The position numbers and the translations under genes are program-made. The notes under the pieces are model-generated. The model was not told the DNA's origin. It saw nothing but the letters and a program-made list of their open reading frames with translations, and made no database searches. From the NCBI GenBank assembly GCA_951406725.2, contig OX597840.1:13578001-13642000 (forward strand): DNA of 64,000 nt. The letters are read 5' to 3'. Source of the DNA: Octopus vulgaris. Its lineage: Eukaryota. Below, piece by piece: positions 52,330-64,000 of the stretch. Every line of letters starts with the position of its first letter. The first letter of the stretch is position 1.

Positions 52330-54211
52330 CTAGAAATGGAAAGAGAAAGAAATTAATGGGAGCTTACAACAACAACAAGAATAATTTCTAGCATAAGAAA
52401 CATGGCCAAAATATTTTAGCAGGGAAATGGATTTGTGGTTGATTAAACTGATTGTTCTCCACTTAAACCATCTTAGTAGAAGGAAAAACAATTATATACC
52501 TTAGCAAAAAGAGGAGGAAGAAAAAAAAACATATGGCCAAGACAAAGACTATCTTTTTAGTAGCTTATCTTCTGAAAAGATTTCTGCCATCCTCAATGGA
52601 AGAATCTGAGAGAGCTTGATCAATAAAAGAGCCTGGGTGCTAGCTTCACTGTTACCGACCAGCATAAAGATGAAATAGAGGTCTGCATCAACCAGGCATT
52701 ATAGTCTATTCTTTTACCTTCAATGGTGGTTCTGGAGATGACAGGATGCACAACATGTATGGCTGGAGATGTGGATAGCCACAAAAATTGATCCACTGAG
52801 CACTTGTTTATGCCATCCTATTGTAGGACCATCAACAGATGTTACAGTCTCAATGACACAGAATTGCCAGTATAACGTAGCTAGCAAAAACAGAGAACTT
52901 ATACGAAATGGAAGTATTTAATCACTTTTATCTTTGCCAAATTTTCTTTGTTCATACTTTGACATTTGTGTCAAACTCTGTCAGAGTGATTCTTTTCAAT
53001 AACTCAAAAGCCATTTCTGTTGATTTGATCAGCATTCCATCATCCACAGAGTGAACTCATCTACTTTGATATTGTGCAAGAGACTCTCCTGCCCTAGTAT
53101 AAATGGCAGAAAATGTGAATTAGTTTGACTTGGTCAGACCTTGACAAATATCTGGTCCTTGTCTGTAAAGCATCTGCTGATGGAATGCTTCAGTTTCACT
53201 GGTTGGAGATGGTTCAGCTCTCACAAGCTGAATGCTGACAGAAGTACAAAATATTGACAGTGAAAACACATCAAATATCAAACAACTTGGTCAGAAAACA
53301 TGTTAGATACAATAAATAACAATCTCTAATGTAGGCACAAAGCCAAAGATTTAGAGGAAGGGAACAATTATAAAACCAGGACTTGGCAGGTACTTTATCT
53401 TATTATCTCTGAAAGGATGGAAAGTCAACTTTGTTTTCCATTGCTCTGAGACCGAAAAATAAGTACCAGTCAAGAGTGGAGGTGAGCTGTTTCCTTTCCA
53501 CTAAATTTCAGCACAAGGCCTGCAATTCTGAAGCGAGAGGGTTAGCCCTTTACACTGAGCCCAATATCAACTGGTACTTTATTTTTATCAACCTCACCAC
53601 CAGAAATATAAAACAAAGTCAATTGGTAGGATTTGAACACAACTGTCAAGGGGCATAACTCAGTGGCTGATGTCATTTTACTTCGTGTGAAACTGTTTTC
53701 TGACAGCCAATAATTAAGATCTGTGGTGTACAGGATGGTTTCAGCTAGAAGTGTTTTGATCCAGAAATTGTGGAACTAGGTAAATGGAAACTGTGCAGAA
53801 ACCCATCTTATATATCATAGGTTTCGCTTTGCATGCATACACGGGTTGCTCAAGTTCTAACATTTGCGTTCTTTGGTTATTTTCTTCAACAAAGTTCAAC
53901 ATCCTGAAATTTGCTTTCACCCCATCATCTCTCTTACATACCACATCCGATTCCTCTTATACCCAGTTTATCCTTCAGTTCATCTGTATTAAGTCGCTTG
54001 TGCACACCATCCAACAGCAGAGCACATTTGCTTCATTTCTCTCCAACGTTCACACATCTACATTCAATGCTTATGCAACATACTTTGTACAAAAAGCAAC
54101 ACAGAATCTAATCTCAACCTAAAACAGAATCATTTTATTGCCAGCAGGGATAATAACTCTGAACTTTCCCTGCTTTCTTCTTATTCTGGCAGCCAACAGA
54201 GAAAGAGAAAG

Positions 54212-54376
54212 TACCATATTTTAACGTGTATAAGGAACCCCTAATTTATGGGGCTTAAAATTCAGAATAAAGGTTTTGTTAGGGTTTATAATACTATCCC
54301 TGTATAAGAAACTCCCACATTTTTTTAACGCAATTTTTGACAAAAAAGGGTTCCTTATACGGGTAAAAACCCGGTA
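54212..54376. mobile_element. MITE, same family as 2173-2338
   Basis: Same TIR and internal sequence. Confidence 0.8.
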
Positions 54377-55007
54377 TGTACCAAACTGAAATAAGTAGTG
54401 GGTTGATATGATCATCTTACTACAAAATTATGAATGTATGCTCAGCATAATCCGGTCCGATGACTGAAACAAAAACGATTATGTGGATAAGAAGTTTGCT
54501 TCACCACCATGTGCTTTCTATTTCAGCCCCACCGCATGGCACTTTGGGTAAGTCTCTCCAACTATTGCTCTTGACCACACCTGCACCTACACATGAATAT
54601 ATAATGATGATAACAATATATGGCTATTTGACTTTCCTCTGTTCGTCTACGTTTGACAAGTCATGTTTTGACCTCTTGCAGAGTGTCCACTCATCCTCCA
54701 GTCCCACTCACCAAGCAGGTTGACCGTCTGACCAATTCATGTTGAATTCTCACGCTCACACGATGCAGTGTATAACATTCTTTCTTTTATAGACGCAAGG
54801 CCTGAAATTTTGGGGGCGGGGGGGGGGGGCTAGTCTATTACATTGATCCCAGTGCATAACTGGTACTTAGTTCATCGAGCCTGAAGGGATGGAAGGCAAA
54901 GTCAACCTCAGCGAAGTTTCAACTCAGAATGTAGCAAAGGGGTGAAATACTGATAAGCATTTCATCCAGCATGCTAACAATGCTGCCAGTGGCATAAATA
55001 GAGAGTG

Positions 55008-55240
55008 AAGGCGGCGAGCGGGTAGAAACGTTAGCATGCTGGGCGAAATGCTTAGCGGTATTTCGTCTGTCTTTACATTCTGAGTTCAAATTCCATTGAG
55101 GTCGACTTTGCCTTTCATCCTTTCGGGGTCGATAAATTAAGTAACAGTTACGTACTGGGGTCGATGCAATCGACATAATCCCTTTGTCTGTCCTTGTTTG
55201 TCCCCTCTATGTTTAGCCCCTTGTGGGCCATAAAGAAATA
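55008..55240 (+). mobile_element. SINE family B
   Basis: ggcggcgagc.gg.agaaacgttagc...gagttcaaattcc...gtcgactttgcctttcatcctttcggggtcgataaa. Other copies: + 714, 60286; - 27005, 29210, 33565, 34714, 39998, 46415, 46818, 54775, 58292. Often tandem. Confidence 0.88.
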
Positions 55241-55364
55241 ATAGAGAGTGAAGACAAAACATGGTAACAAAAACCACATGTTGTTGAAATAAACACAAAA
55301 CAAGTTAATGTTATAGCAAAGATTTTACTGTGCTTGTTTCAATAATCTTTTGCAGGTTAAGGTA

Positions 55365-55569
55365 TACTCTTTTACTCTTTTACTTATTTCAGTCATTTGA
55401 CTGCGGCCATGCTGGAGCACCGCCTTTAATCGAGCAACTCGACCCCGGGACTTATTCTTTTTGTAAGCCCAGTACTTATTCTATTGGTATCTTTTGCCGA
55501 ACCGCTAAGTAACGGGGACATAAACACACCAGCATCAGTTGTCAAGTAATGCTAGGGGGACAAACACAG

Positions 55570-55622
<53 letters not shown>

Positions 55623-55788
55623 CGACAGGCTTCTTTCAGTTTCCGTCTACCAAATCCACTCACAAAGCATTGGTCGGCCCGGGGCTATAGCAGAAGACAC
55701 TTGCCCAAGATGCCACGCAGTGGGACTGAATCTGGAACCATGTGGTTGGTTAGCAAGCTACTTACCACACAGCCACTCCTGCGCCTAT
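55365..55788 (-). mobile_element. SINE family A
   Basis: Reverse complement of the family A sequence. Confidence 0.9.
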
Positions 55789-56224
55789 GTTTATCTTCTG
55801 CACTCATCTGAAACATCATTGAGCTTCAGATGGTGACATTTGATAACATTTTCCAGTCAACAAACTATCTGGTGGCTCTGTATTTTCGAAGATGAATGGA
55901 ATGAAAACTCACTTATGTAAGCAGGTGGGGGTGGCAAGAAGGGCCATCCAACAGTAAGAGAAATGTCTCAATAATATCTAATCACCGGACCCATGCTTAC
56001 ATGGTAAAACAGAAGCAAAAACAAACGAATGAGTGTATGCACATCCATCTCTACAATTGTTAGAACTGTATTAGTTCAGCAAGGACTTCATCTGAGATTG
56101 CATATTGAAAGGGAAACAACTGTTTCCTGTAGTTATTTGAAATATACAGACATGTGCCACTAGGTTCACAACTGGCAGAATCATTAGTCAAAACAGTTCT
56201 CTATTTTAGAGATGAGGAATTCCA

Positions 56225-56657
56225 TACATTATTTACATTGGACGGATACGTGTCCTCATTTTGTTTGTTGTTACCACAACATTTCAGCTGATTTACTCTC
56301 CAGCCTTCATCAGGTGTCTTTGTAGAATTTTGAACCCAACCCTGGGTTCTCATTCCTAAGGTATTTTTTGGTGGTGGTGGTGGTGGTATTATTATTTATT
56401 CAAGATACTGCTTGGAATTGAACTTGGAATCTTGGGGTTAGTAACCAGCATTCTTAGCCATTATGCTATATGCCCATTAAATTCCAGGCAGTGCCTTGAA
56501 TAAATAACATCACCAAAAAATACCTTAGGAATGAAAACCCAGGGTTGGGTTCAAAATTCTACCAGGACACCTGATGAAGGCTGGAGAGTAAATCAGCCGA
56601 TGCATTGTGATAACAACAAACAAGATGAGGACATATCCATCAAATGTAAATAATGTA
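56225..56657. mobile_element. Head-to-head inverted element with a tRNA-like head and degenerate hammerheads (ORMDL intron 2)
   Basis: Arms about 56225-56420 / 56480-56657. tRNA-like segment on minus at 56475-56403 (tagcataatgg A-box-like, gttcaattcc B-box-like). CTGATGAAggctg...cagc(c/t)GA on both arms. Confidence 0.65.
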
Positions 56658-56910
56658 CAGAATCATTAGTGCCTTACAGTATTTCTTCTGCTTCTTTACA
56701 TCCTGAGTTCAAATCCTACCAAAGTCAACTTTGCTTCTCATTTCTCCATTGCTGATAAAATAAAGGGCCAGACAAATACTGTAGTTGAAGGCATCAACTA
56801 ACCTCCTTGTCAAAGTAGCTGGCCTTCTGCCTAAACAGGAAACATGTCGTAATAGCAAAATTTTACAAATTAGTTTGAACCAAAAACAAAAGAAGATAAC
56901 AATTACTCAC

Positions 56911-57062
56911 AAAAGAATAGGGACAGTGGTTAGAAACTTTTTCGTAGCAGTGAACTGTTGACCATAGTCGATTTGCTCCCATTGTGTTTGCATTCGGGCC
57001 TTACCTTGGTCAGCAGGTTCCCATGGAGTACCTTTCGTCACATGTAATATCATAAACATCAG
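56911..57062 (-). CDS. ORMDL: ORMDL coding exon 2
   Basis: tctttacag acceptor; [50 protein letters not shown](L); GTGAGT donor. 152 nt. Confidence 0.96.
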
Positions 57063-57999
57063 CTGTAAAGATATATTGGAAGACACATTTTTATGACTGT
57101 TACATTTATTTATCACAATACCCATCACTTCATGGGACAACCCGCAGACATAACAACACACAGTTTCTACTGGCCGAATGGTTAAGAAATTTGCATTGCA
57201 AATTTTGAGATCCCGTCTGTAGTTCAACCATACTGCATGATTACTTCAGAAGGTAAATGGTTTCTAGAATAGTTTCAGGTTGTCTCAAGTTGTGTGAGTA
57301 AAATAGAAACTTGATGAGTAAACTGTACCTGTAGTTCAGGATTACATTAAGTGCACAGGTGAATAGTCACTCCCACTGTAACGAGCTTGTAGTAGTAGTG
57401 TGATGACATATGGCTTAGTGGTCAGAGTAATCGGCTCACAATTGTAAGGTCGTGAGTTCAATTCCTGACGACATGTTGTGTCCTTGAGCAAGATATTTTG
57501 ATGTTGCTCCAGTCCACTCAGCTGGCAAAAATGAGTAGTACCTGTATTTTAAAGGGCCAGCCTTGTCACACTCTGTGTCATGCTGAATCACCCCGAGAAC
57601 TACGTTAAGGGTACACGTGTTTGTGGATTACTCAGTCACTTGCATGGTAACTTCATGAGCAAGCTGTTCCATTGATCGTACCAGCTGGGACCCTCGTCGT
57701 CGTAACCGACGGAGTGCTTCTGTGTTGCTTGAACAACTGGCAGAGACATTGCCCAATCCAAATTAGAGGATCACGTTATTATCATCTCACCAATATGAAA
57801 GTGAAATTTAATCGGCAATAAAAATGGGGACTCCTTCCCATTGAAATTTTAATCAAAACAATGAATGTGACAACAGAGGAGAGACAAAGGAATATTGAAA
57901 TAAAAGAGGGGGACAAAAAGATGAGAAAAGAGAGAGAGGAAAAAATTTGAGATGAAAGAACAGAGAAAACAAGCTAAGTAGATGAATGTGAGTACTTAC

Positions 58000-58173
58000 G
58001 ACATCATGGACGACATTGGTGAGTGTCCAGGCTATGGGCACTGAGAAAAAGGGAACACTTAACAGCATGAAGTGGACCAGAGAGATCATAATTATATAAG
58101 TGAGCCAGATTCCTTTACTGTTCAGGTAGAAATGGGTTGGGTTCCCATCACTATGGGCTGTGCCCACATTCAT
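58000..58173 (-). CDS. ORMDL: ORMDL sphingolipid-synthesis regulator, coding exon 1
   Basis: MNVGTAHSDGNPTHFYLNSKGIWLTYIIMISLVHFMLLSVPFFSVPIAWTLTNVVHDV, 174 nt, donor GTAAGT. Upstream acceptor at about 58186 or 58199. Confidence 0.96.
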
Positions 58174-58800
58174 CTTCGATGAAACTACAGATGGTCACTA
58201 CATAAAGAAACAAAAACATTGATTAGTAAGTCATTTGGGATTCTTCATCGACACATTTGACATCTCTCCTTTATAATATACCCTTTCCATAATCTTATTT
58301 CTTCATTGCCCACAAGGGGCTAAACAAGGACAAACGGATTAAGTTGATTATATCAACCCCAGTGCATAACTGGTACTTATTTAATCGACCCTGAAAGGAT
58401 AAAAGGCAAAGTCGACCTTGGCGGAATTTCAACTCAGAACGTAGCAGCAGACAAAATACCACTAAGCATTTCGCCCGGCGTGCTAACGTTTCTCCTAGCT
58501 CGCTGCCTTCAACCCTTTCCATAATCTGACACTGAAAACCTAAAACACCCTAAAACAAAAAAATTCCCACACATGCAGTATTGCAGTTAAAGAAAGGATT
58601 AGTGAAATTAATGCACATTAAATCAAATTTGGTGACAGGCATCCATGCTAGTGGAGCGCTAAAGAGCACCATCCGAGCGTGATTGTTGCCAGAGCGGCTA
58701 ACTGGCTTCCGTGCCGGTGGCATGTAAAAAGCACCATTCGATCCTAATGTTGATCATCCCATCACTTTTTACCAGGCATAGTAAATCTAAGACTACATTA

Positions 58801-59338
58801 TTAACCCCTTGACGCCAGTATTACCCAAAGCATGCGAGACACTGCCCTGTTATTTTGTTTTTATCTAATGAGGCCACACAAGCACACAAGTGCCAACGAG
58901 CTCACGATGTTTGACGCGACGACAAGTTGGTTGCCGCAGGTGTTGACGGGCATAAATTCGCTGATGGGGGACCAAAGAGCGAATGCAGAATTTGTAATTG
59001 ACTTGAAGACATTTTGAATTATGATGCATTTTCGCTGGAGACCGTTACTTTTATAGCACTTGCACCAATGCATATGCATGTAAAGTATCCACATGTCATT
59101 GGTCTACTGCTAGTCTCATGACTTGAACGTAACCTAAAATAGCTAAGATAATGCAAATGAACAGCGAGCACGTGCACCTCAAGAGATAAAGTACATGATA
59201 GTGAATGTAAACACACGCCAGCCACTAAAAAGTCTATGAGAGATATAAGGCAGCTCTACATCGTATATTTACGTTAATCGTGGGTAGGCAAGCAAGAGTA
59301 TGATCGCATATTTGCGTCAACCATTGTCAAGGGGTTAA
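58801..59338. mobile_element. piggyBac-like MITE
   Basis: TTAA-ccccttgac ... gtcaagggg-TTAA. A similar architecture is seen at 8057-8283. Confidence 0.72.
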
Positions 59339-61439
59339 ATATGTCCTCTTTTTAAGATGTAAAAGTGTATGACTTGAGAGAAATTTGATTGCTGTTTCTT
59401 GCAACCATACATAGACTCCCTCTAGTGAGGTCACCATACTGTTTGCAAAACTAAGAAATTTGAACAACAAATAGTAATGTGGAAAAAATAGATTTCTAGG
59501 TGTGCTTCATAAAATGAAGTTAATAATTTTATTCTGTAAAGTTATTTTAATAAAATATATATTTTTTCCCTCTACGCTGTACTTCAGAAGTGTAAAGATG
59601 CCAGGTTGCTTTGAACTTCCTGGAAATAGCAACCACATTCCAATCATATCTCAGAAAAGGAAAAGACAAACAAATTAAGGGTTAACTAACAGTTAAAAAG
59701 AAAAAGTTCAAGTCTGTCTTAAGCCTATGAGGTTATGTGGTGACAAGAGCTTATTCTGATTTCTGTGGCATTTAAGCAATGGAGTGTACAAGACTCCTCT
59801 CACCGAAAGGATGCCAGTTCCTTGCAAGGTTAATCAGAATGTGAAATGAAGTGTATTGTCTAAGAGCATAACGCACCAGCTAGTCTGAGAATCAAAACTC
59901 CCTCACATTGCATCCTAACGTCTTAGAATAACACAGCTCTATATACATTGACTAAATATAATTTTGAAAGTGTATCTGTCTAAATAATGGAGCAATAAAT
60001 ACAGTCTAAATGAAAGTGGAATAGTAATGAGGTTTGGTAGATTAGAGTGACCTTGGTTAAATGTTAACAGCATCTCAGATAGGTTATGGTATTTACACAG
60101 AACCCCCCCCCCCAAAAAAAAACTGTTAATTATGCTATAAGAGGAAGTTATTAAGATTATGTCCTTATCAAATGGTTACTTAAGCTTTGAAGACCAAAAT
60201 TGAGCATTTAACTACACACTTACATCATTACTATTTGCAGTTTAAAAAGCGTGTTGCTTTTCAATGATTATTGTTTGTTGGTTCCAAGGTGGTGAGCTGG
60301 CAGAATCGTTTGCATGTTGGATGAAATGCTTAGTGGTATTTCAATCATCGCTACATTCTGAGTTCAAATTCCACTGAGGTCGACTCTGCCTTTCATCCTT
60401 TCGGGGTCAATAAATTAAGTACCAGTGAAACACCAGTCCCGACCCAACAAACTTGAGGCCTTGTGCCTCCAGTAGAAAGGATTATTTGTTGGTTTCATCA
60501 TGACTGAGTCAATAAGCAAAACTCCATACCAATCGCTGCTAACCTTGATAGTACCAAGAACCACCCCACCTTTTTTTTTTAATGAATTTCCCCATGGACT
60601 CTAAGCTTCTGAAAGGTCCATCTATTCAGTTTTTGAACTGCTGTTGTATATAGTCACTTGCTGACATCTCTCCTTCATATTATGCCCAGCTAAAGTTTAA
60701 TGTGATCATGATTATGATAACGATATTGTTAAAACCCAGACTATACCTCTTGAAGCAGATATCTGATCATGAAATCCAGATGATGTATTCAGAACTACAT
60801 TACTCCCTCTTAAGTACACAACTTGAACCTAACCACTTGTGTGTACTTAGCCGGTACATAGCAACAGCACGAATGTATGCATGCAGCTAATCACAGAAAG
60901 GCTCATGCATGCACACAGTTTTAGATCACATTTGTTATCTTTCCTGTCAGTTTTCTGTTATCCCATACCTTGAGCCATTTATTACTTATTTAGATGTTCT
61001 GCTGTAGAATAAATCGTTGATAAACCTGAACCTGAGATTCTTGAAGGTTTTGCAATTACTTATCTGTGACGCATACTTAACCGGGAGGTTACAGTATTGT
61101 CCTTCCTATTTCAAAATAGCAGGGCTGTGAGATGAGGAAAATATGCTGCTATTTCTAGCAGATCAAGTGACAGTGTAAATGTTCCCTTATTAACTCATTA
61201 ATGATGTATCACATTGGCTCAAACACACATAAAGATAAAGGGATGGTGGTACAATCGATTAAATTGATCACCCTTGTATATAACTGGAAGTCCTTTGATT
61301 GATGTAAGAAAGATAAAAATCAAGACATACAGTGCAGACGTATAATTAGCCTGGCTGTCAGAGTTCAGGAATAAAAATGCATAAAACCTTTATCTTTTAA
61401 GAAATATTGAAAATTCAAGATAGACAAAGCTGCTGGATC

Positions 61440-61700
61440 TGTATACTACATAATTATTCAGTACAACCCCTACCAACTTTAATAACAACCTTGAGGCAAC
61501 AGTGGAATCGGGAACAGACATGTTTCATGGTCGCAGCTGACAAATCTTGGAATGCCTCCTGGCAGATGTGCTACTTGAGCACTTCCTTGCTGTGGCAGGC
61601 AGTCCTGTTGGGGACTCTCTCGATCGTACCCCAGTAAAAATATATCCAGACAACAGCAGTCTGGAGAGTAAGGAGGCCACAGCCGAGTGGTTTGAACACA
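61440..61700 (-). mobile_element. Tc1/mariner-type transposase C-terminal remnant
   Basis: LWPPYSPD...LD motif. Confidence 0.5.
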
Positions 61701-62882
61701 GAAAGTAAAAAGAACATATACTCTTTGACTTGTTTCAGTCATTTGACTGCGGCCATGCTGGAGCACCACCTTTAATCGAGCAACTCAACCCCTGGACTTT
61801 TTCTTTTGTAAGCCCAGTACTTATTCTATCGATCTCTTTTGCCGAACCGCTAAGTTACGAGGACATAAACACACCAGCATCAGTTGTCAAGCAATGCTAG
61901 GGAGACACACACAAACATAAATATATATATAGATACATATATACAACAGGCTTCTTTCAGTTTCCATCTACCAAATATCCACTCACGAGGCTTTGGTCGG
62001 CCCAAGACACTTGCCCAAGGTGCCATGCAGTGGTACTGAACCCAGAACCATGTGGTTGGTAAACAAGCTACTTACCACACAGCCACTCCTGCACCTATAT
62101 AATAATTTTTCAAAGGTATTTTGTCCTGTATGCTACCATTTGAGCCAAGTCCCCAGATACCAACTGCCTCATCTAGATCACACTACCTGCTGGAAAAAGC
62201 ATCCAAATTTCACTCAAATCACATCCTACCATCATTCACACTTAGACGCATTGGATATTATAATTCTCAATACTGTAAACAAAAAATGGAATTGCTGCAA
62301 CATACTTTTGGCCAAAGCAATAAGGGGGTAGGGTGTATTTGAGGGCAATTGAGCTATTATTTCTAGTAGATGAAGTGAATGCTCAGTACACATGAGAGGA
62401 AGCCATAACCTTTATTTCTAAAATATCCCTATGACCAAAACAGTAATTTCATACATATTACATACCTATGAATTTATTAAAGATTTTTTAAAATTCTTAG
62501 CAAATGCAAGCCCTCTATTCTTTGTTATGCACTTGCAATTTGGCCATGGTATTAAAGAGGTCTCCCATGGCCAATATTGTGGCTACTTGATTAACTCAGT
62601 AAAAAGTTATATACATAAACTAAAAAATAAACTATAGCTGTTGACTTGTATGGCTTGGTAGCATGTGCCTTGGGTTTTACTAATTGTTTAAGGTGCAACT
62701 GTAATGCTGGACAGATACCTTCTCAACTGTACCACTAATGACATCCAGAACATAGTAGTTGGAGGGGGGGAGCAGAGCATCAGCACTCAGTGGTAGTCAA
62801 ATGGTAGACTAGGGCAACATGACATGTTGTACAAAGCACAAGGACATAATGCACTGACCTATCAGCAATTGAACTCATAACA

Positions 62883-63442
62883 TTGGCTTTTATGAACCTG
62901 GGAACATTTCATCTAGAAAGCCAAGCAGTTTATTGAGGGTCTGTGAGATTGCCTGAAGACTGTGTGAATGAAGGCCTTTGTTATAAGTCTTACAAGATGC
63001 TCTCAGGACAGCTGCTCACTTAAAAGAAAAACCATGTGAAGGGGCCAAGACACTGTTGAACAAGTAGAAGCATCCCCTCGTATCAAACGTGTGGGTTTTT
63101 TCAGATGAAAAAATTTTTACCGGAATAAGGCACACAACAAGCTGAATAGCAAGTTGGCTTTTATGAACCTGGGAACATTATGTGGGCTAACTTGCTATTC
63201 TGCTTGTTGTGTGCCTTATTCCGGTAAAAATTTTTCATCTGAAAAAACCCACACGTTTGATACGAGGGATGCTTCTACTTGTTCAACAGTGTCTTGGCCC
63301 CTTCACATGGTTTTTCTTGGACTTTTAAGTGAGCAGCTGTCCTGAGAGCATCTTGTAAGACTTATAACAAAGGCCTTCATTCACACAGTCTTCAGGCAAT
63401 CTCACAGACCCTCAATAAACTGCTTGGCTTTCCAGATGAAAT
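62883..63442. repeat. Inverted duplication (about 250 bp) flanked by a 26-bp direct repeat
   Basis: 62906-63155 is the reverse complement of 63189-63442; ttggcttttatgaacctgggaacatt occurs at 62883 and 63154. Confidence 0.88.
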
Positions 63443-64000
63443 TAGCATTTCTCACCTTTTGTTTACAGTGATTATTCGTTTTCCAAGCAAGCACAGTGTC
63501 AACCTCAAAGTTACTGTCTTTTCAGTCCTTTCTCACCCTCAGGACTGTGTACAGTGGGAGCTTTAAGTTGTCGACAATGGCCTTGTTATTTGTGCTGGTG
63601 CAGAACGAGGACACGACCACCTTCCTTTCCCATTCTTCAGAGAACACAATGCAAGCAGGTAGAGGTTGCAAGAATGTACAGGGGAGAGAGATATGGTTAG
63701 AGATGGAGGATGGATAAGAGGGTGAATATAATGAAGAACAGATGCTGAAGGATGAAGGAGGAGATAACTGTAGAAATTGAGCAGGGTTTAAGGGATGGGG
63801 GCAATGGATAAGGGGTGGGGGGTTGACCACATGATATATATAAGAGGTGAGGGAGAGTAAGGAATAAACAGACATTGCCAGAAAAGGAGAGGTGAAGTGC
63901 AGCAGAATAGTAATAATGGTAGAGCAGATAGGAAAAAGGATAACAGAGAGTGAGCGAGAGATGATGTGATTGAGGGTATTCAATGTAGAAAGTAGGTGGA

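Overview
AT-rich, intron- and repeat-rich animal genomic DNA. The tRNA-derived SINE families, the (TA)n density and the C2H2 zinc-finger gene are most consistent with an octopus (inference). Three genes, all on the minus strand, can be supported. (1) The 5' part of a divergent glutamate-cysteine ligase catalytic subunit (GCLC-like): five coding exons at 14718..395, running off the left end and largely missed by the ORF track. Its normally invariant WGDE motif is encoded as WGDK. (2) An intact 12-finger C2H2 gene (41348..42657), with a decayed finger array downstream. (3) A complete three-coding-exon ORMDL gene (58173..52194, 153 aa). The rest is SINEs, RTE/CR1 LINE and mariner/Merlin/hAT/piggyBac/Helitron remnants, and microsatellites. 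There is also a recurrent class of fold-back inserts, from 120 bp to a 3.8 kb near-perfect palindrome, mostly inside (TA)n tracts. Many carry type I hammerhead-ribozyme motifs (CUGANGA...GAAAC-palindrome-GUH), several with unusually long stem II, and one sits next to a Penelope-like GIY-YIG remnant. All calls were made by eye with no database search, and repeat boundaries are approximate.
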